This document shows positions 1-9,726 of a DNA stretch of 64,000 bases, piece by piece. Position 1 is the stretch's first letter; the number at the start of each line of letters is the position of its first letter. The position numbers and the translations under genes are program-made. The notes beneath the pieces were generated by a model. The model had not been told where the DNA came from. It worked only from the letters and a program-made list of their open reading frames with translations, and did no database searches. Origin of the DNA: a virus; IMG/VR virus record IMGVR_UViG_3300020172_003394, positions 1-64,000 of that record. One strand, written 5' to 3'.

Positions 1-91
1 TCGGGAAGAGTCTCTGCCCACTCACGCTGCATATCGTAATAAGTATTCTCTAAATCATCTTGACTGACCACATCTAACAGCTTCTCTGCAA

Positions 92-343
92 TCAAGTGTC
101 CTCTTCTTCGTCATCAGCGGGGTCATAGGGTTCACCGCTAATGCACCAACCCAGTTCGTCCAATGCGGCGAACACGGCATCGTACACATTTGTTGCCTCC
201 ACTTCGAAGCTGTCGTTCGGGTCGTGGTCATTCCAAACTAGATAATGCATATTTGCTTCGTGAGACTTGACCACGAACTTGCCACGGCTATGCAACTCGT
301 TGATGAGTGCTTGGGTCGGGGTGTCCTCAATCGCATCAAACAT
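92..343 (-). CDS. hypothetical acidic phage protein
   Basis: ORF track; co-oriented with neighbouring small early-type genes. Confidence 0.6.
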   Translation of the reverse strand: MFDAIEDTPTQALINELHSRGKFVVKSHEANMHYLVWNDHDPNDSFEVEATNVYDAVFAALDELGWCISGEPYDPADDEEEDT

Positions 344-376
344 TATTCCACTTCCTCAGCAGGGGTGTATAGGTCA

Positions 377-664
377 TCATAGTGCCTCAAATGTCACAGT
401 GTCACGGTGTGTCGGGTATGGGACGCACACGACACTATCGGTGAACATATAGCGGCGCGAGTCAAGGTGCGCGGCGTTGCAGGCAAACCGAGCGTCCTGT
501 GAGCGCAACTCACCAACAGTCTCCACCGCGAACGCAGCGAAGAAGGCCGCGATATTTAGCAGGATGAAATGCATAATTAACTTCCATGGGTCTACTACTA
601 GCCTCTGCTCAAACTTCCACTCGATGCTGTCATGATACCAACGCTTCTTCTTTTGCTCATTCAT
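377..664 (-). CDS. hypothetical membrane protein
   Basis: ORF with one hydrophobic segment; GAGG upstream. Confidence 0.55.
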   Translation of the reverse strand: MNEQKKKRWYHDSIEWKFEQRLVVDPWKLIMHFILLNIAAFFAAFAVETVGELRSQDARFACNAAHLDSRRYMFTDSVVCVPYPTHRDTVTFEAL

Positions 665-684
665 AAGTCGGCCTCTCTAGGTCT

Positions 685-816
685 TTAGTTGTATCGGTGT
701 CTGATGTGTGTTTGCTTTCCATTGGCATCATACTCACTCCACCACTCAAACCCAGTGGAATCTCGGAAGTGAATCAAGTTTCCATTGGTATCGTATTCTT
801 TGATTTCGTTAGTCAT
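685..816 (-). CDS. short YD-like repeat protein (43 aa, MTNEIKEYDTNGNLIHFRDSTGFEWWSEYDANGKQTHIRHRYN), paralog of 809-1003
   Basis: manual translation; near-identical EYDxNGxxIH repeat units. Confidence 0.7.
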   Translation of the reverse strand: MTNEIKEYDTNGNLIHFRDSTGFEWWSEYDANGKQTHIRHRYN

Positions 817-1003
817 CGTTTGTCCGTGTGTGAATCATGTTTCCATTGGCATCATACTCACACCACCACTCGTACCCAGTGGAATCTCGGAAGTGAATCA
901 TTTTTCCGTTATCATCATACTCATACCACGCCTCGTGCCCATCTGAATTTCGGTAGTGAATCATTTTTCCGTTGGTATCATATTCTCTGATTTCGTCAGT
1001 CAT
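809..1003 (-). CDS. short YD-like repeat protein (EYDxNGxMIH x3)
   Basis: ORF track; about 21-aa tandem repeats; downstream of a sigma70-like promoter. Confidence 0.75.
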   Translation of the reverse strand: MTDEIREYDTNGKMIHYRNSDGHEAWYEYDDNGKMIHFRDSTGYEWWCEYDANGNMIHTRTNDD

Positions 1004-1038
1004 CTTGGTATCGGTTAAGCGGTTGAGTATATGATAGT

Positions 1039-1067
1039 AATATAACCTATTATTAAGGATACGTCAA
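1039..1067 (-). promoter_or_regulatory. sigma70-type promoter TTGACG-17-TATATT
   Basis: consensus match with 17-nt spacer. Confidence 0.7.
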
Positions 1068-1070
1068 GCC

Positions 1071-1427
1071 CTACAACCAACGGGGGCAGTCATACGCCTC
1101 CTCCTCATACTCCCCATACTCATACTCCACACGGTAATCATTATTCTGCGCGTCCTCGCGCTGTTCCCACGCCTTCTCTTCGTACCATTCGTTCATGGTA
1201 TCAGTATATTCCTTCGAAGTCATTCCCGCCTCACACTGTCCACCACCACTCGGCTTGCGCTCGGGTTGTGTGTTGTTGGTGAACCACTCGTCATCACTTG
1301 CGAGAGATACCATTAGCTTTTCCATTGATTCCACCGTACCACCGAAGGCGCGAAGACCCTGAACCGTATCATAGACGGCGGGAAGGTTCTTGTGGGTACC
1401 AACGTAGTAGCGATTGCGATATAACAT
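1071..1427 (-). CDS. hypothetical protein
   Basis: ORF track; promoter upstream at 1525-1553. Confidence 0.6.
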   Translation of the reverse strand: MLYRNRYYVGTHKNLPAVYDTVQGLRAFGGTVESMEKLMVSLASDDEWFTNNTQPERKPSGGGQCEAGMTSKEYTDTMNEWYEEKAWEQREDAQNNDYRVEYEYGEYEEEAYDCPRWL

Positions 1428-1524
1428 ATATTTCTATTGAAGGGGTAAACGTTCGGTTTTACTGAGGGCCGTTCCTCATTCGGTCTTTACGGTTCCGACA
1501 ACCTTTCTTTATCCTTACCTATGT

Positions 1525-1586
1525 AATATATCCTATATAACAGACAAATACAAGGGGCGGATTCATTCCGTTACACAACCGTTACA
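1525..1586 (-). promoter_or_regulatory. promoter TTGTAT-17-TATATT with upstream TGTAAC-N5-TGTAAC box
   Basis: motif read directly; box repeated at 1835 and 2142. Confidence 0.6.
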
Positions 1587-1789
1587 TTACAACAACCCCA
1601 AGGGAAAGAAGGATAGAGGCCGTAACCAGACCCATCCAGAAGGCGACAATGATGGACAACGCCTTGTACCCCCGCTCGTTGTCGAGCTTGAAGGTGTGGT
1701 CGAGGTCAACGATAAGGGAACGATACTTGGTCATAACTACTCCTAGAGAAAGAAACAGAAGATGATTATCTTCTTTTGAACTATACTGT

Positions 1790-1851
1790 AATATAACCCA
1801 TTTATTAGGTAGAGTCAATAGGGGCTAGCGGTTCGTTACACAATCGTTACA
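1790..1851 (-). promoter_or_regulatory. promoter TTGACT-17-TATATT with upstream TGTAAC-N5-TGTAAC box
   Basis: same architecture and spacing as 1525-1586. Confidence 0.65.
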
Positions 1852-2103
1852 AACGGTCATAGAACGATTCTACCACCCACCACAACACTACCAGTACCCC
1901 CAACACCACGAATACACTCATTGGTTACCTCGTGGTATGGGTAGGATACACGGGGTGGAATCCCATCATTTCCGCTACTTCACATTCAAGGAAAAACGAG
2001 TGGGCGGCTTTCATTTCCGCCTCCTGATGCTTTCGTTCCAGTGCATACTCATCGGACTGACTTAGCTCGCGCATCATTGGGCTACTCCTGTAAGGTTACT
2101 TGT

Positions 2104-2158
2104 AATATACCCGCGTATCGCGGTAGTATCAAGGGGTTAATTGTAACAGTTATGTAAC
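2104..2158 (-). promoter_or_regulatory. promoter TTGATA-17-TATATT with inverted TGTAAC-N5-TGTAAC box
   Basis: motif read directly. Confidence 0.6.
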
Positions 2159-2327
2159 GACTTTTTAGGGACTATAGGGGGCGGGGGTATGTCGAGGCGG
2201 GGCGGGTAGCCCGTTTTCGCATCGGGGTCAATTTTTTTCCCTATAGAGCGATTTATTATAAAGTAATTTCCCCAAGCCCTATATACTATAAGACTTGGGG
2301 AATACTTATTGGTTGTATATACTTGTA

Positions 2328-3746
2328 TTAATCATCACTCTTTCTAAGATTAGCGTTCTTGTAGACCAACTGCAGGTTCTCCCGTGTAGTCTTACCACCC
2401 TTGGAGTGGGCGATAATGTGGTCTAGATGGGTCTTATTGCCGTCCAGAACGGCTGACCACGGGATAATCTTACCCGTCAAGGGGCAACTATGTTCCTGCG
2501 TAGTCCAACACGAAATACGGTCGGTCCAATCCCCAAACCGCTTCTTGTCCTTTTGCACGCTCAACGTCCCCTCAGGCAACGTATCCAGTCGAGCAATCAA
2601 CTGCGAAAGTCTAGCCTCACGGACCTCAGCGGTGGTATTACGCTGTGCACCGTAGTAGGTACGTCCGTCCTTACCAAAGGTAATAAAGGTCTTAGTGTCC
2701 TCACGCAGCCTATTGATATTTTCAACGAACCAATCAAAGAACGTTGAATCATCCATAATAGAGATGTTCTGGTTTTGGAGATAGTCAAGGAGCATCACCA
2801 AGTCAAAGAGGGACGCCTTCGACGGAATACCACGCGTCTTACCCGTCTTGGACTCGTATTGAATAATAGCGTCCAAATCCTTTAGGACTTCCTTAAGCTT
2901 CCCAATCTTCTTGGTTTCTGCAGAAGCATCGTTATATGCCGCGTCCTTGTCCTCACGCATGATGTTCGTATCGAATCCATAAGTGATATGCACCAGCGCC
3001 GCCACCAAGAATTCCTCGTGGATACGCCGCTGACAGTTAGGGTCACTAAAGTACAAACGAAGCATCTTCTTGTACTTGTCCCCAAGTAGACGGATGGCAT
3101 CGGCTACCTTACAGACGATAGCGTTACGCTTCTCCTGCGGATTAAGAGACACACCATTGTTAACTGCGATAAACATATCGTGAAGTTCCTGGCGAGTTGC
3201 GGAATTGACCACAAACACAGGGATTTCAATGTTTCTAACATGCTCCTTCAACTTATCGGGTAGACCCTTGTAACCAACAGAATTAGTCGGTTTAAAATTC
3301 ATATACTCAGGAATCGTCATCCCCGACATACGATATTCGTTGTTTTCCTTAAGCTGAAGAATGTTATTGAAGAGGCGCATGAGGGTACGGGTGCGGTTAT
3401 TGCCGTCCACACTAATATACTTGACACCCTCCGAATGGAGCTTAGCGTAGTACTTATAGTCCTCACTATCCTTACCCAAGACCTCCTCGCAATAGTTCAT
3501 GCAAGAAGTGACATCGGCAAGAATGATAGGATTGGGAGTGAATCCGCTAAAGACGGAATTAAGATAGGCAAGTTGACTTACCTTTGACCATCGCTCGGTG
3601 GACTGGAATGCAAGGTCGAGGAAAATCTCGTCCTCATCCTGTCGTGTAGCGAGGTCGTGAATGGTCCACGTGGTTGACACAGTGGTACTGCGCTGCATGA
3701 ACCTCATAAGTTTCTCCTTTGATTCCCGCTTAAATTGTGGAATCAT
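2328..3746 (-). CDS. DUF262 (ParB-like) + C-terminal HNH nuclease, GmrSD-like
   Basis: FQ..RWS and DGNNR DUF262-type motifs; HLDHIIAHSKGG...NLQL...N HNH motif. Confidence 0.75.
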   Translation of the reverse strand: MIPQFKRESKEKLMRFMQRSTTVSTTWTIHDLATRQDEDEIFLDLAFQSTERWSKVSQLAYLNSVFSGFTPNPIILADVTSCMNYCEEVLGKDSEDYKYYAKLHSEGVKYISVDGNNRTRTLMRLFNNILQLKENNEYRMSGMTIPEYMNFKPTNSVGYKGLPDKLKEHVRNIEIPVFVVNSATRQELHDMFIAVNNGVSLNPQEKRNAIVCKVADAIRLLGDKYKKMLRLYFSDPNCQRRIHEEFLVAALVHITYGFDTNIMREDKDAAYNDASAETKKIGKLKEVLKDLDAIIQYESKTGKTRGIPSKASLFDLVMLLDYLQNQNISIMDDSTFFDWFVENINRLREDTKTFITFGKDGRTYYGAQRNTTAEVREARLSQLIARLDTLPEGTLSVQKDKKRFGDWTDRISCWTTQEHSCPLTGKIIPWSAVLDGNKTHLDHIIAHSKGGKTTRENLQLVYKNANLRKSDD

Positions 3747-3974
3747 TTAGGTATGTGTACGTCACAAGCTCAAATTGTCGTGACATAGTTGATAAAGTAT
3801 CAACAACTTAAAGATATTATACTTCACCACGATTGTCAACAACCCTAAAAAGATTGTTGGGTAGTATACAATAATAAAACCCCGAACCAATAGAGATTCT
3901 AGAGATTCAGGGTTTAATAGTATTTATTTTGATACGGTTAGGGTTCCAGGGATCTAAAACGGTACGTATATCAA

Positions 3975-4505
3975 TTACATAAGAAATAATTTAAATGCGA
4001 CCGACATACGTAATTGTTTTGTCCATTTGTTCGGCCCTACTCCACGATGCCAGATTCGTCCATCAAAAATGACCGCGGTGTTGGTGAATGGATACACGTG
4101 ATATAATTCTCCGTCATCCTGTAAGAATTGTGTTTCTCCACCATATTCGTATACATCTACTGGGTCAAGTTCCGTTGGATAATACAAGAACGTATGTGCC
4201 TTCGGGTCGGCTTCATCTGTATGGAATACTCCGTCTTGACCAAAGGATTGTCCATTTCCATAAATACGGTCAGCACGATATTTATTACCTGTTAATTCTT
4301 CAATTCGTTTTAGTAACGTACTATTGAAGAATTCTCGTTTTTCCAACTCCCACATAGACCAACATAAAATACCTTTCTCGGCATCGAGTGATGACCAATT
4401 ATCAAAACTCCACTTGCGCTCCGACAATACAGCTAAAATGTTTTTGTGTTGTTCTGAAGTGAATACGTTATTAAATTTTCTAAAATATTTATTTCCAAAG
4501 TTCAT
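3975..4505 (-). CDS. 2OG-Fe(II) oxygenase
   Basis: HTD...H...R motif; GGET; start placed at ATG after GAGG. Confidence 0.85.
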   Translation of the reverse strand: MNFGNKYFRKFNNVFTSEQHKNILAVLSERKWSFDNWSSLDAEKGILCWSMWELEKREFFNSTLLKRIEELTGNKYRADRIYGNGQSFGQDGVFHTDEADPKAHTFLYYPTELDPVDVYEYGGETQFLQDDGELYHVYPFTNTAVIFDGRIWHRGVGPNKWTKQLRMSVAFKLFLM

Positions 4506-4619
4506 AGAAACCTCATTAAAAAACAATGTAATATGAAAAATAATAAACTGATGCGATAATGTCAAGCCCTTCTTATATGTATATATGTTAACACAAACAC
4601 CTAATTATTGGAGATAGGT

Positions 4620-5444
4620 ATGTTACTCAAAGTCGGTTCAAAAGGTGATGATGTAAAGAAGTTACAAGAAAAACTCGGCTTAACCGCCGATGGTTCCTTT
4701 GGTACTGGCACTGAGAAGGCTGTTAAAGAATGGCAAAGTAAGAATGGGTTGACCGCAGATGGTATCGTTGGTGAAGGAACGTGGTCAAAGATGATGGGTG
4801 CAGCACCAGTCGCTGCAGCAGCTCCAGTCCCATCGGGTGGTCCTATGAATATTAGTAAGTTAAAAGGACACGTGCCTGATGCAGTTATCACACAACTTCC
4901 AGAAGTAATGGAAAAGTTCCAAATCAATACCCCATTACGTATCGCACACTTTTTGTCACAATGCGGACACGAAAGTGGAAACTTCAAGGTTGTTAACGAA
5001 AACTTGAACTATGGTGCAAAGGGCTTGTTAGGATTATTCAAGAAGTATTTTCCAACCGAAGCAAAAGCTTTAGAATACGAACGCAAACCAGAAAAGATTG
5101 CAAATCTTATCTATGGTGGTCGTATGGGTAATGGTCCAGAAGCAAGTGGTGAAGGATTTAAGTTCCGTGGTCGTGGATATATCCAACTTACAGGTAAGGA
5201 CAACTATTCTGCATTTGACAAGGTTGTTGCAGAAGATATCGTAACAACTCCAGATTTAGTTGCAACTAAGTATCCATTACTTTCGGCAGCATGGTATTGG
5301 AACTCACGTAAGATTAACGCAGTATGTGACCAAGGTGCAACTGAAGAAGTGGTAAAGAAGGTTACCAAGTTAGTAAATGGTGGTGATATTGGATTAGCTG
5401 ACAGATTAAAGCACTTCAAGGAATTCCACTCACTCTTGGCATAA
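4620..5444 (+). CDS. endolysin: peptidoglycan-binding domain + GH19 glycosidase
   Basis: GSKGDDVKKLQ/DGIVG PG-binding; AHFLSQCGHES, FRGRGYIQLTG, VNGG GH19 motifs. Confidence 0.92.
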   Translation: MLLKVGSKGDDVKKLQEKLGLTADGSFGTGTEKAVKEWQSKNGLTADGIVGEGTWSKMMGAAPVAAAAPVPSGGPMNISKLKGHVPDAVITQLPEVMEKFQINTPLRIAHFLSQCGHESGNFKVVNENLNYGAKGLLGLFKKYFPTEAKALEYERKPEKIANLIYGGRMGNGPEASGEGFKFRGRGYIQLTGKDNYSAFDKVVAEDIVTTPDLVATKYPLLSAAWYWNSRKINAVCDQGATEEVVKKVTKLVNGGDIGLADRLKHFKEFHSLLA

Positions 5445-5519
5445 TTTAGTCTATTTATAATATTGAAGGGTTCTTTATAAAGGTCTGTGTAATGGTATTC
5501 GTCATTAAACGGAGAATTT

Positions 5520-6008
5520 ATGAAGAACTCTTTTTATGCTGCGGTGTGGGGTGCATTTTGGCTCCTTGCTAATCCAGCACAAGCACAAGATAAATCCATC
5601 TTTGTAGAAAAGGTAACCAACTCTGTTGTGATTGGGCCTGTTGCAGGAAATCGTGGGCTGGAATTTGGGGTGAAAAACATCCTAGAAGAATTGTTACTCG
5701 AAAAAGAGTATGACTTAATACCAAATTCCACAACTAGATTACAAGTAGAAATTATATTTCTGGATGTTTTAACTACAAAGAAAAATGTCTCCGTATTCCA
5801 CTCAAACGCCGAAACAGTGGTTATTCGTATGCGTGGAACAATGGTTGTTAATGGTAAAAAAGGGAAACCTGTTATTGTTGAAGAAGGTTCCTCGGAAATT
5901 TCAATGTCTACATTATTAATTGATGCAGGCGGAAAATTTAACCAAACAAGTCTTTCAAATGCACTAAAAAAGGCAGCAGAAAGTCTAATTAACAAACTTA
6001 CGGAGTAA
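5520..6008 (+). CDS. exported protein, short CsgG/TolB-N-like fold candidate
   Basis: signal peptide (AQA); NRGLEFGVKNILEE resembles NRVGLGVSNIVIE of 9004-9723. Confidence 0.5.
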   Translation: MKNSFYAAVWGAFWLLANPAQAQDKSIFVEKVTNSVVIGPVAGNRGLEFGVKNILEELLLEKEYDLIPNSTTRLQVEIIFLDVLTTKKNVSVFHSNAETVVIRMRGTMVVNGKKGKPVIVEEGSSEISMSTLLIDAGGKFNQTSLSNALKKAAESLINKLTE

Positions 6009-6009
6009 T

Positions 6010-7725
6010 ATGAAAAAAATATTAGTTGCAGTAATGCTTTTACTTGCGATGAAAGTAGAAGCACAACCTAGTCTGTGGTTCGGTAGTAACGTAATAGACA
6101 AAAACATCAATGGTGGTGTTATCGTAAAAAATGACACCATTGAATTGGAAGTGAAAATTAATCCGAACATGTCCAACGTGCGTTCGGTGTATTTTGATTT
6201 TCAACATCAAAAAGATGCCATCACCTTGTTGAGTATTACACGAGGGCCGGCAATCCCCACAAATGCCTCAGTTACCATTGACAACTATTATTATCCCAAT
6301 TGTAAATTTAACAAGAATGCACAAAACACAACCAGTGACGGTTGGGTGAATTGGCAGTTTGCAAGCTATGAATGTAATTCATCTACTGTACCCTATGCCG
6401 CAATTAACCGTGTAATGGTCAATGTGTCTAGTACGCAAAATCTTGAACAAGCAACGTATGTGAAATTACGTTTTCGTGTAACCAACGTGGATGCTGGATT
6501 CCCATATGATTCCGTTTACATGAACTTTGCCGTTGCCTATGCAGCAACAGGTGCAGACATGCGACCAACGGGTAATACTACACCAACTCGTGCATGGGTT
6601 CAATTGCAACCTGGTGCCAACAACTTAGTTACAGGACAAATCAAACACAGTGAAAACGTGTCGGGGGCTGTTAAGTCAGCGTTGATGTTATCGGTGACAA
6701 ACACAGAAACACCGCCCGTGCAAATCACTAGTATGGTGTTAGGAACCGCAGGTACGTTTGGATTTGCACAACAACTACAAACAAATACCCCATACAGATT
6801 ACGATTGAACATTCCTTCTGAACAATTGTCACCGTTAAGTTTATCGGCAACCACGGTGTCTGATTACACCATGGCATTCCAAGAATTTTTGACACAAAAT
6901 CTTGACGGAACATTCAAAAACAACAACATTACTCGTGGCATCAAGTATTGGGCAGCTGATGTAAACAACAATGGTAATTTAGATGGGGGTGACTTGCAAT
7001 TGTTATTCAATGCGGTAACAGGATTGGATACCATTATGAAACCTGCACCTCAGTGTGGAGCAAATTGTTTCATGTCACTTCCAATCATGACTACATCGGC
7101 GTTTGATGGGTTAACATTGACTTCGTGGAAGAACCTTACGTTGGGAAGTACATCATTTATTCCCCTTACAACCACAACGGCAGACCAACAACTATCTATG
7201 AATTATGTGTTGAAAGGAGATGTGAATTTATCTCATTCATCTCCTGTAACTGCACAACAAGCAGCAGCAATGCGCATGGGGTCATTGGTAGTTCCTGGGG
7301 CAAGTAGCATTGATGTCAATGTCAATAACATAGTAGTAACAACAAACACCATCAATATTCCCTTCACCATTGACACACGTGGAAACAAACTCACGGCGTT
7401 GCAATTTGAAGTAAAATATGATGCAACAAAAGTAAAGTTTGAAAAAATGGAAGTAAACACACCTAGCTGGATTTCATTTGTTAACCCAACAGGTAATGTA
7501 ATTCGTTTCGGCGCACTTGATCGTGAATTGAAAAATACATTGTCGGGCACTAACTTAGTTCCATTTAGATTACATTTTTCAGCACTACAAGCAGGTGTTG
7601 ATTTGAACACCAGCATTGAAATTGTTCCTGTAATGGATGCCGCCAATGATAAAGGTAATCAACTCGGCATCAACTTCAATACTAACGTCATCAAGTTAAT
7701 TGGTGCAAACTTCTTCAGAAACTAA
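6010..7725 (+). CDS. exported protein with cohesin-like domains and dockerin/EF-hand-like motif
   Basis: signal peptide; AADVNNNGNLDGGDL and KGDVNLS Ca-binding-like motifs; C-terminal ALQFEVKYD cohesin-like sandwich. Confidence 0.65.
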   Translation: MKKILVAVMLLLAMKVEAQPSLWFGSNVIDKNINGGVIVKNDTIELEVKINPNMSNVRSVYFDFQHQKDAITLLSITRGPAIPTNASVTIDNYYYPNCKFNKNAQNTTSDGWVNWQFASYECNSSTVPYAAINRVMVNVSSTQNLEQATYVKLRFRVTNVDAGFPYDSVYMNFAVAYAATGADMRPTGNTTPTRAWVQLQPGANNLVTGQIKHSENVSGAVKSALMLSVTNTETPPVQITSMVLGTAGTFGFAQQLQTNTPYRLRLNIPSEQLSPLSLSATTVSDYTMAFQEFLTQNLDGTFKNNNITRGIKYWAADVNNNGNLDGGDLQLLFNAVTGLDTIMKPAPQCGANCFMSLPIMTTSAFDGLTLTSWKNLTLGSTSFIPLTTTTADQQLSMNYVLKGDVNLSHSSPVTAQQAAAMRMGSLVVPGASSIDVNVNNIVVTTNTINIPFTIDTRGNKLTALQFEVKYDATKVKFEKMEVNTPSWISFVNPTGNVIRFGALDRELKNTLSGTNLVPFRLHFSALQAGVDLNTSIEIVPVMDAANDKGNQLGINFNTNVIKLIGANFFRN

Positions 7726-8099
7726 TGAAAAACTTTCTTACTTATTCAACATTGGCGGTAATTTTGCTTGGATGTTCTGACAACATACCAATGGCGCCGA
7801 CATCAACGTACCCGATTGACTTGGGGGTTCCCTCAGTATCAATGAACGTTGTCTCAACATCAGGTCTTACAGTAAATAACACATACACACTTACTATGAA
7901 CGTGACCCAAGGGGCAATGTATAGTTTACAACTCACACATATCAATGGAAACATTGTACATAATCATCCATTCGTCGCACAAACAGATCAGGTAACGGTT
8001 ACATTGAATTACGGAAATGTTCCTTCTGGAGCATATGACTTGTATCTTATGAACACCTCAGGACAAGAACTTAAGGTACCCGTTATCATTAAACATTAA
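7725..8099 (+). CDS. lipoprotein with T9SS-CTD-like Ig fold
   Basis: lipobox LLGC; ends NVPSGAYDLYL...KVPVIIKH. Confidence 0.55.
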   Translation: MKNFLTYSTLAVILLGCSDNIPMAPTSTYPIDLGVPSVSMNVVSTSGLTVNNTYTLTMNVTQGAMYSLQLTHINGNIVHNHPFVAQTDQVTVTLNYGNVPSGAYDLYLMNTSGQELKVPVIIKH

Positions 8100-8112
8100 T
8101 AAGGAGAACAAT

Positions 8113-8388
8113 ATGTCAGAAGAATCAGGAAGTGGTGGATTAAAAAATGCCATCATCGGTCTAGTCACAATTATCGTAACGGCAATTGCAGGTGTTGTTG
8201 GTAAGAAAATGATGGGTGACGATGAAGCGTCAGCACCTGCCCCGGCGGTTGCCCCTGCTCCAATCATCAACTTAAACTTGGAAAATAACAACACAGTTTC
8301 AGGTGGTGGTAATGGTGCAGCAGCAACCCCTGCTCCCAAAGCAGCACCCAAGAAGGACGACCACTTAAAGAAAGAACCCCTCTGGTAA
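8113..8388 (+). CDS. single-TM membrane protein, Ala/Pro-rich
   Basis: AAGGAG SD; one hydrophobic helix. Confidence 0.7.
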   Translation: MSEESGSGGLKNAIIGLVTIIVTAIAGVVGKKMMGDDEASAPAPAVAPAPIINLNLENNNTVSGGGNGAAATPAPKAAPKKDDHLKKEPLW

Positions 8389-8392
8389 CCCC

Positions 8393-8716
8393 GTGACAGA
8401 ACAAAAAAAAACATCTAACTTGGATAGCAAATTTCAAGAATTATTAAACAAAACTATGACACGCCGTTGGAACATCACGGCAATAGTATTACTCACATTT
8501 TTATTCATTGCGGTTGGTATCACAACAGCAGTAAAAAGTGGAACGCTTCTTGACCAAGAATGGAAAGAAATTCTTCTGTTGATGCTTGGTGCGTTCATTG
8601 GGTCATACAGTAAAATTATTGATTATTGGTTCTCAGATACAGATAAAGACAAAATGTTAGTACAAAAGATGGATGAAGAAGATGGACAATCGTTCTCAAA
8701 CACTTTAGGAGGATAA
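8393..8716 (+). CDS. 2-TM holin-like membrane protein
   Basis: two hydrophobic helices then IIDYWF and charged tail; lysis context. Confidence 0.55.
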   Translation: MTEQKKTSNLDSKFQELLNKTMTRRWNITAIVLLTFLFIAVGITTAVKSGTLLDQEWKEILLLMLGAFIGSYSKIIDYWFSDTDKDKMLVQKMDEEDGQSFSNTLGG

Positions 8717-8717
8717 C

Positions 8718-9011
8718 ATGGACGCAAAACAAATTCAAAAAGGATTGTTATCAAAGTTTTCACAAATCTTTCAAGATAACAATGAATATAACGAAAAAAC
8801 TGTAATTGGTTTCTTATCATTTGCAGTTATGACTTTATATTCTTTGGTAGACCTCGTAACAGGTGTTATGGGAATGCCATTAGAAATTCACGAATTCGTG
8901 TATAACTCATTTATGATTATTACATTAGGTTCGTTCGGTATTGCAGGATTGGAAAAGTTTTCACCAACAGCAGTTAAACAAGCAAAAAGTACAGATGAAA
9001 CCGATGCGTAA
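8718..9011 (+). CDS. 2-TM holin-like membrane protein
   Basis: two hydrophobic helices ending GLEKF; AGGAGG SD. Confidence 0.5.
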   Translation: MDAKQIQKGLLSKFSQIFQDNNEYNEKTVIGFLSFAVMTLYSLVDLVTGVMGMPLEIHEFVYNSFMIITLGSFGIAGLEKFSPTAVKQAKSTDETDA

Positions 9012-9723
9012 TGTTATACTCGCACTTGGTGTGTTTCTATTACCTGAGGTGTTGTCCGCTCAGGTAATAGGGAAAACACAAACAGAACAATACAAGGCAG
9101 CATTTGAAACAGGTGTAGACCCCACCATCTTCCGTGATTATCGCGGCAAGACTATTCCTATTCAAGTGTTGCAACTTGGCATTAACGAAGAAGTGTATGC
9201 CATGTATCCTGAATTGAAAGATAATCGTGTTGGGTTGGGGGTTTCTAACATTGTTATTGAATTCATGGAAGAAACCAATCGCTTCACATTCACAGAAGAA
9301 AAAACAGAAATCAAAAACAGAATGGTGAAGCAATTTCAAGCATCACAATCAGGCATCACTGCCAATCAATTAGATGGGCGTGGCAAGATTATGTTGGCTC
9401 GGTACTTTGCCTACATTGAAGTGTATGATTTTTCGGTGTCAGAAGATGAAACCATTAACATGAAAGACGGTGTGAAGAATACCGTTGTAACTCGTTTAGG
9501 ATTACAAGTACGTTTTGTAGATGCCGAGACGGGACAATTCTTCACCGGGTCAGGATTGGGAGAAGCAAAAACAGTTCGTGAACTCACCCTTATGAATGAT
9601 GATAACTTTGGTGAAGTAAAGTTTAATCAAAGTACCATCGGTATTGCCACGAAAAAAGCATTGGAAATTGCCACATCAAAAATTGTCACCCGGATGATTA
9701 ATCGCGGTATCTACGAAAAATAA
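9004..9723 (+). CDS. CsgG/HfaB-family protein
   Basis: signal peptide; ETNRFTFTE, LQVRFVDAETGQ, terminal helix typical of CsgG fold. Confidence 0.7.
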   Translation: MRNVILALGVFLLPEVLSAQVIGKTQTEQYKAAFETGVDPTIFRDYRGKTIPIQVLQLGINEEVYAMYPELKDNRVGLGVSNIVIEFMEETNRFTFTEEKTEIKNRMVKQFQASQSGITANQLDGRGKIMLARYFAYIEVYDFSVSEDETINMKDGVKNTVVTRLGLQVRFVDAETGQFFTGSGLGEAKTVRELTLMNDDNFGEVKFNQSTIGIATKKALEIATSKIVTRMINRGIYEK

Positions 9724-9726
9724 CCT

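Noticed and set aside
685-1003. CRISPR array or DGR
   Set aside because: The repeats are in-frame coding units of about 63 nt with no unique spacers and no cas or RT genes
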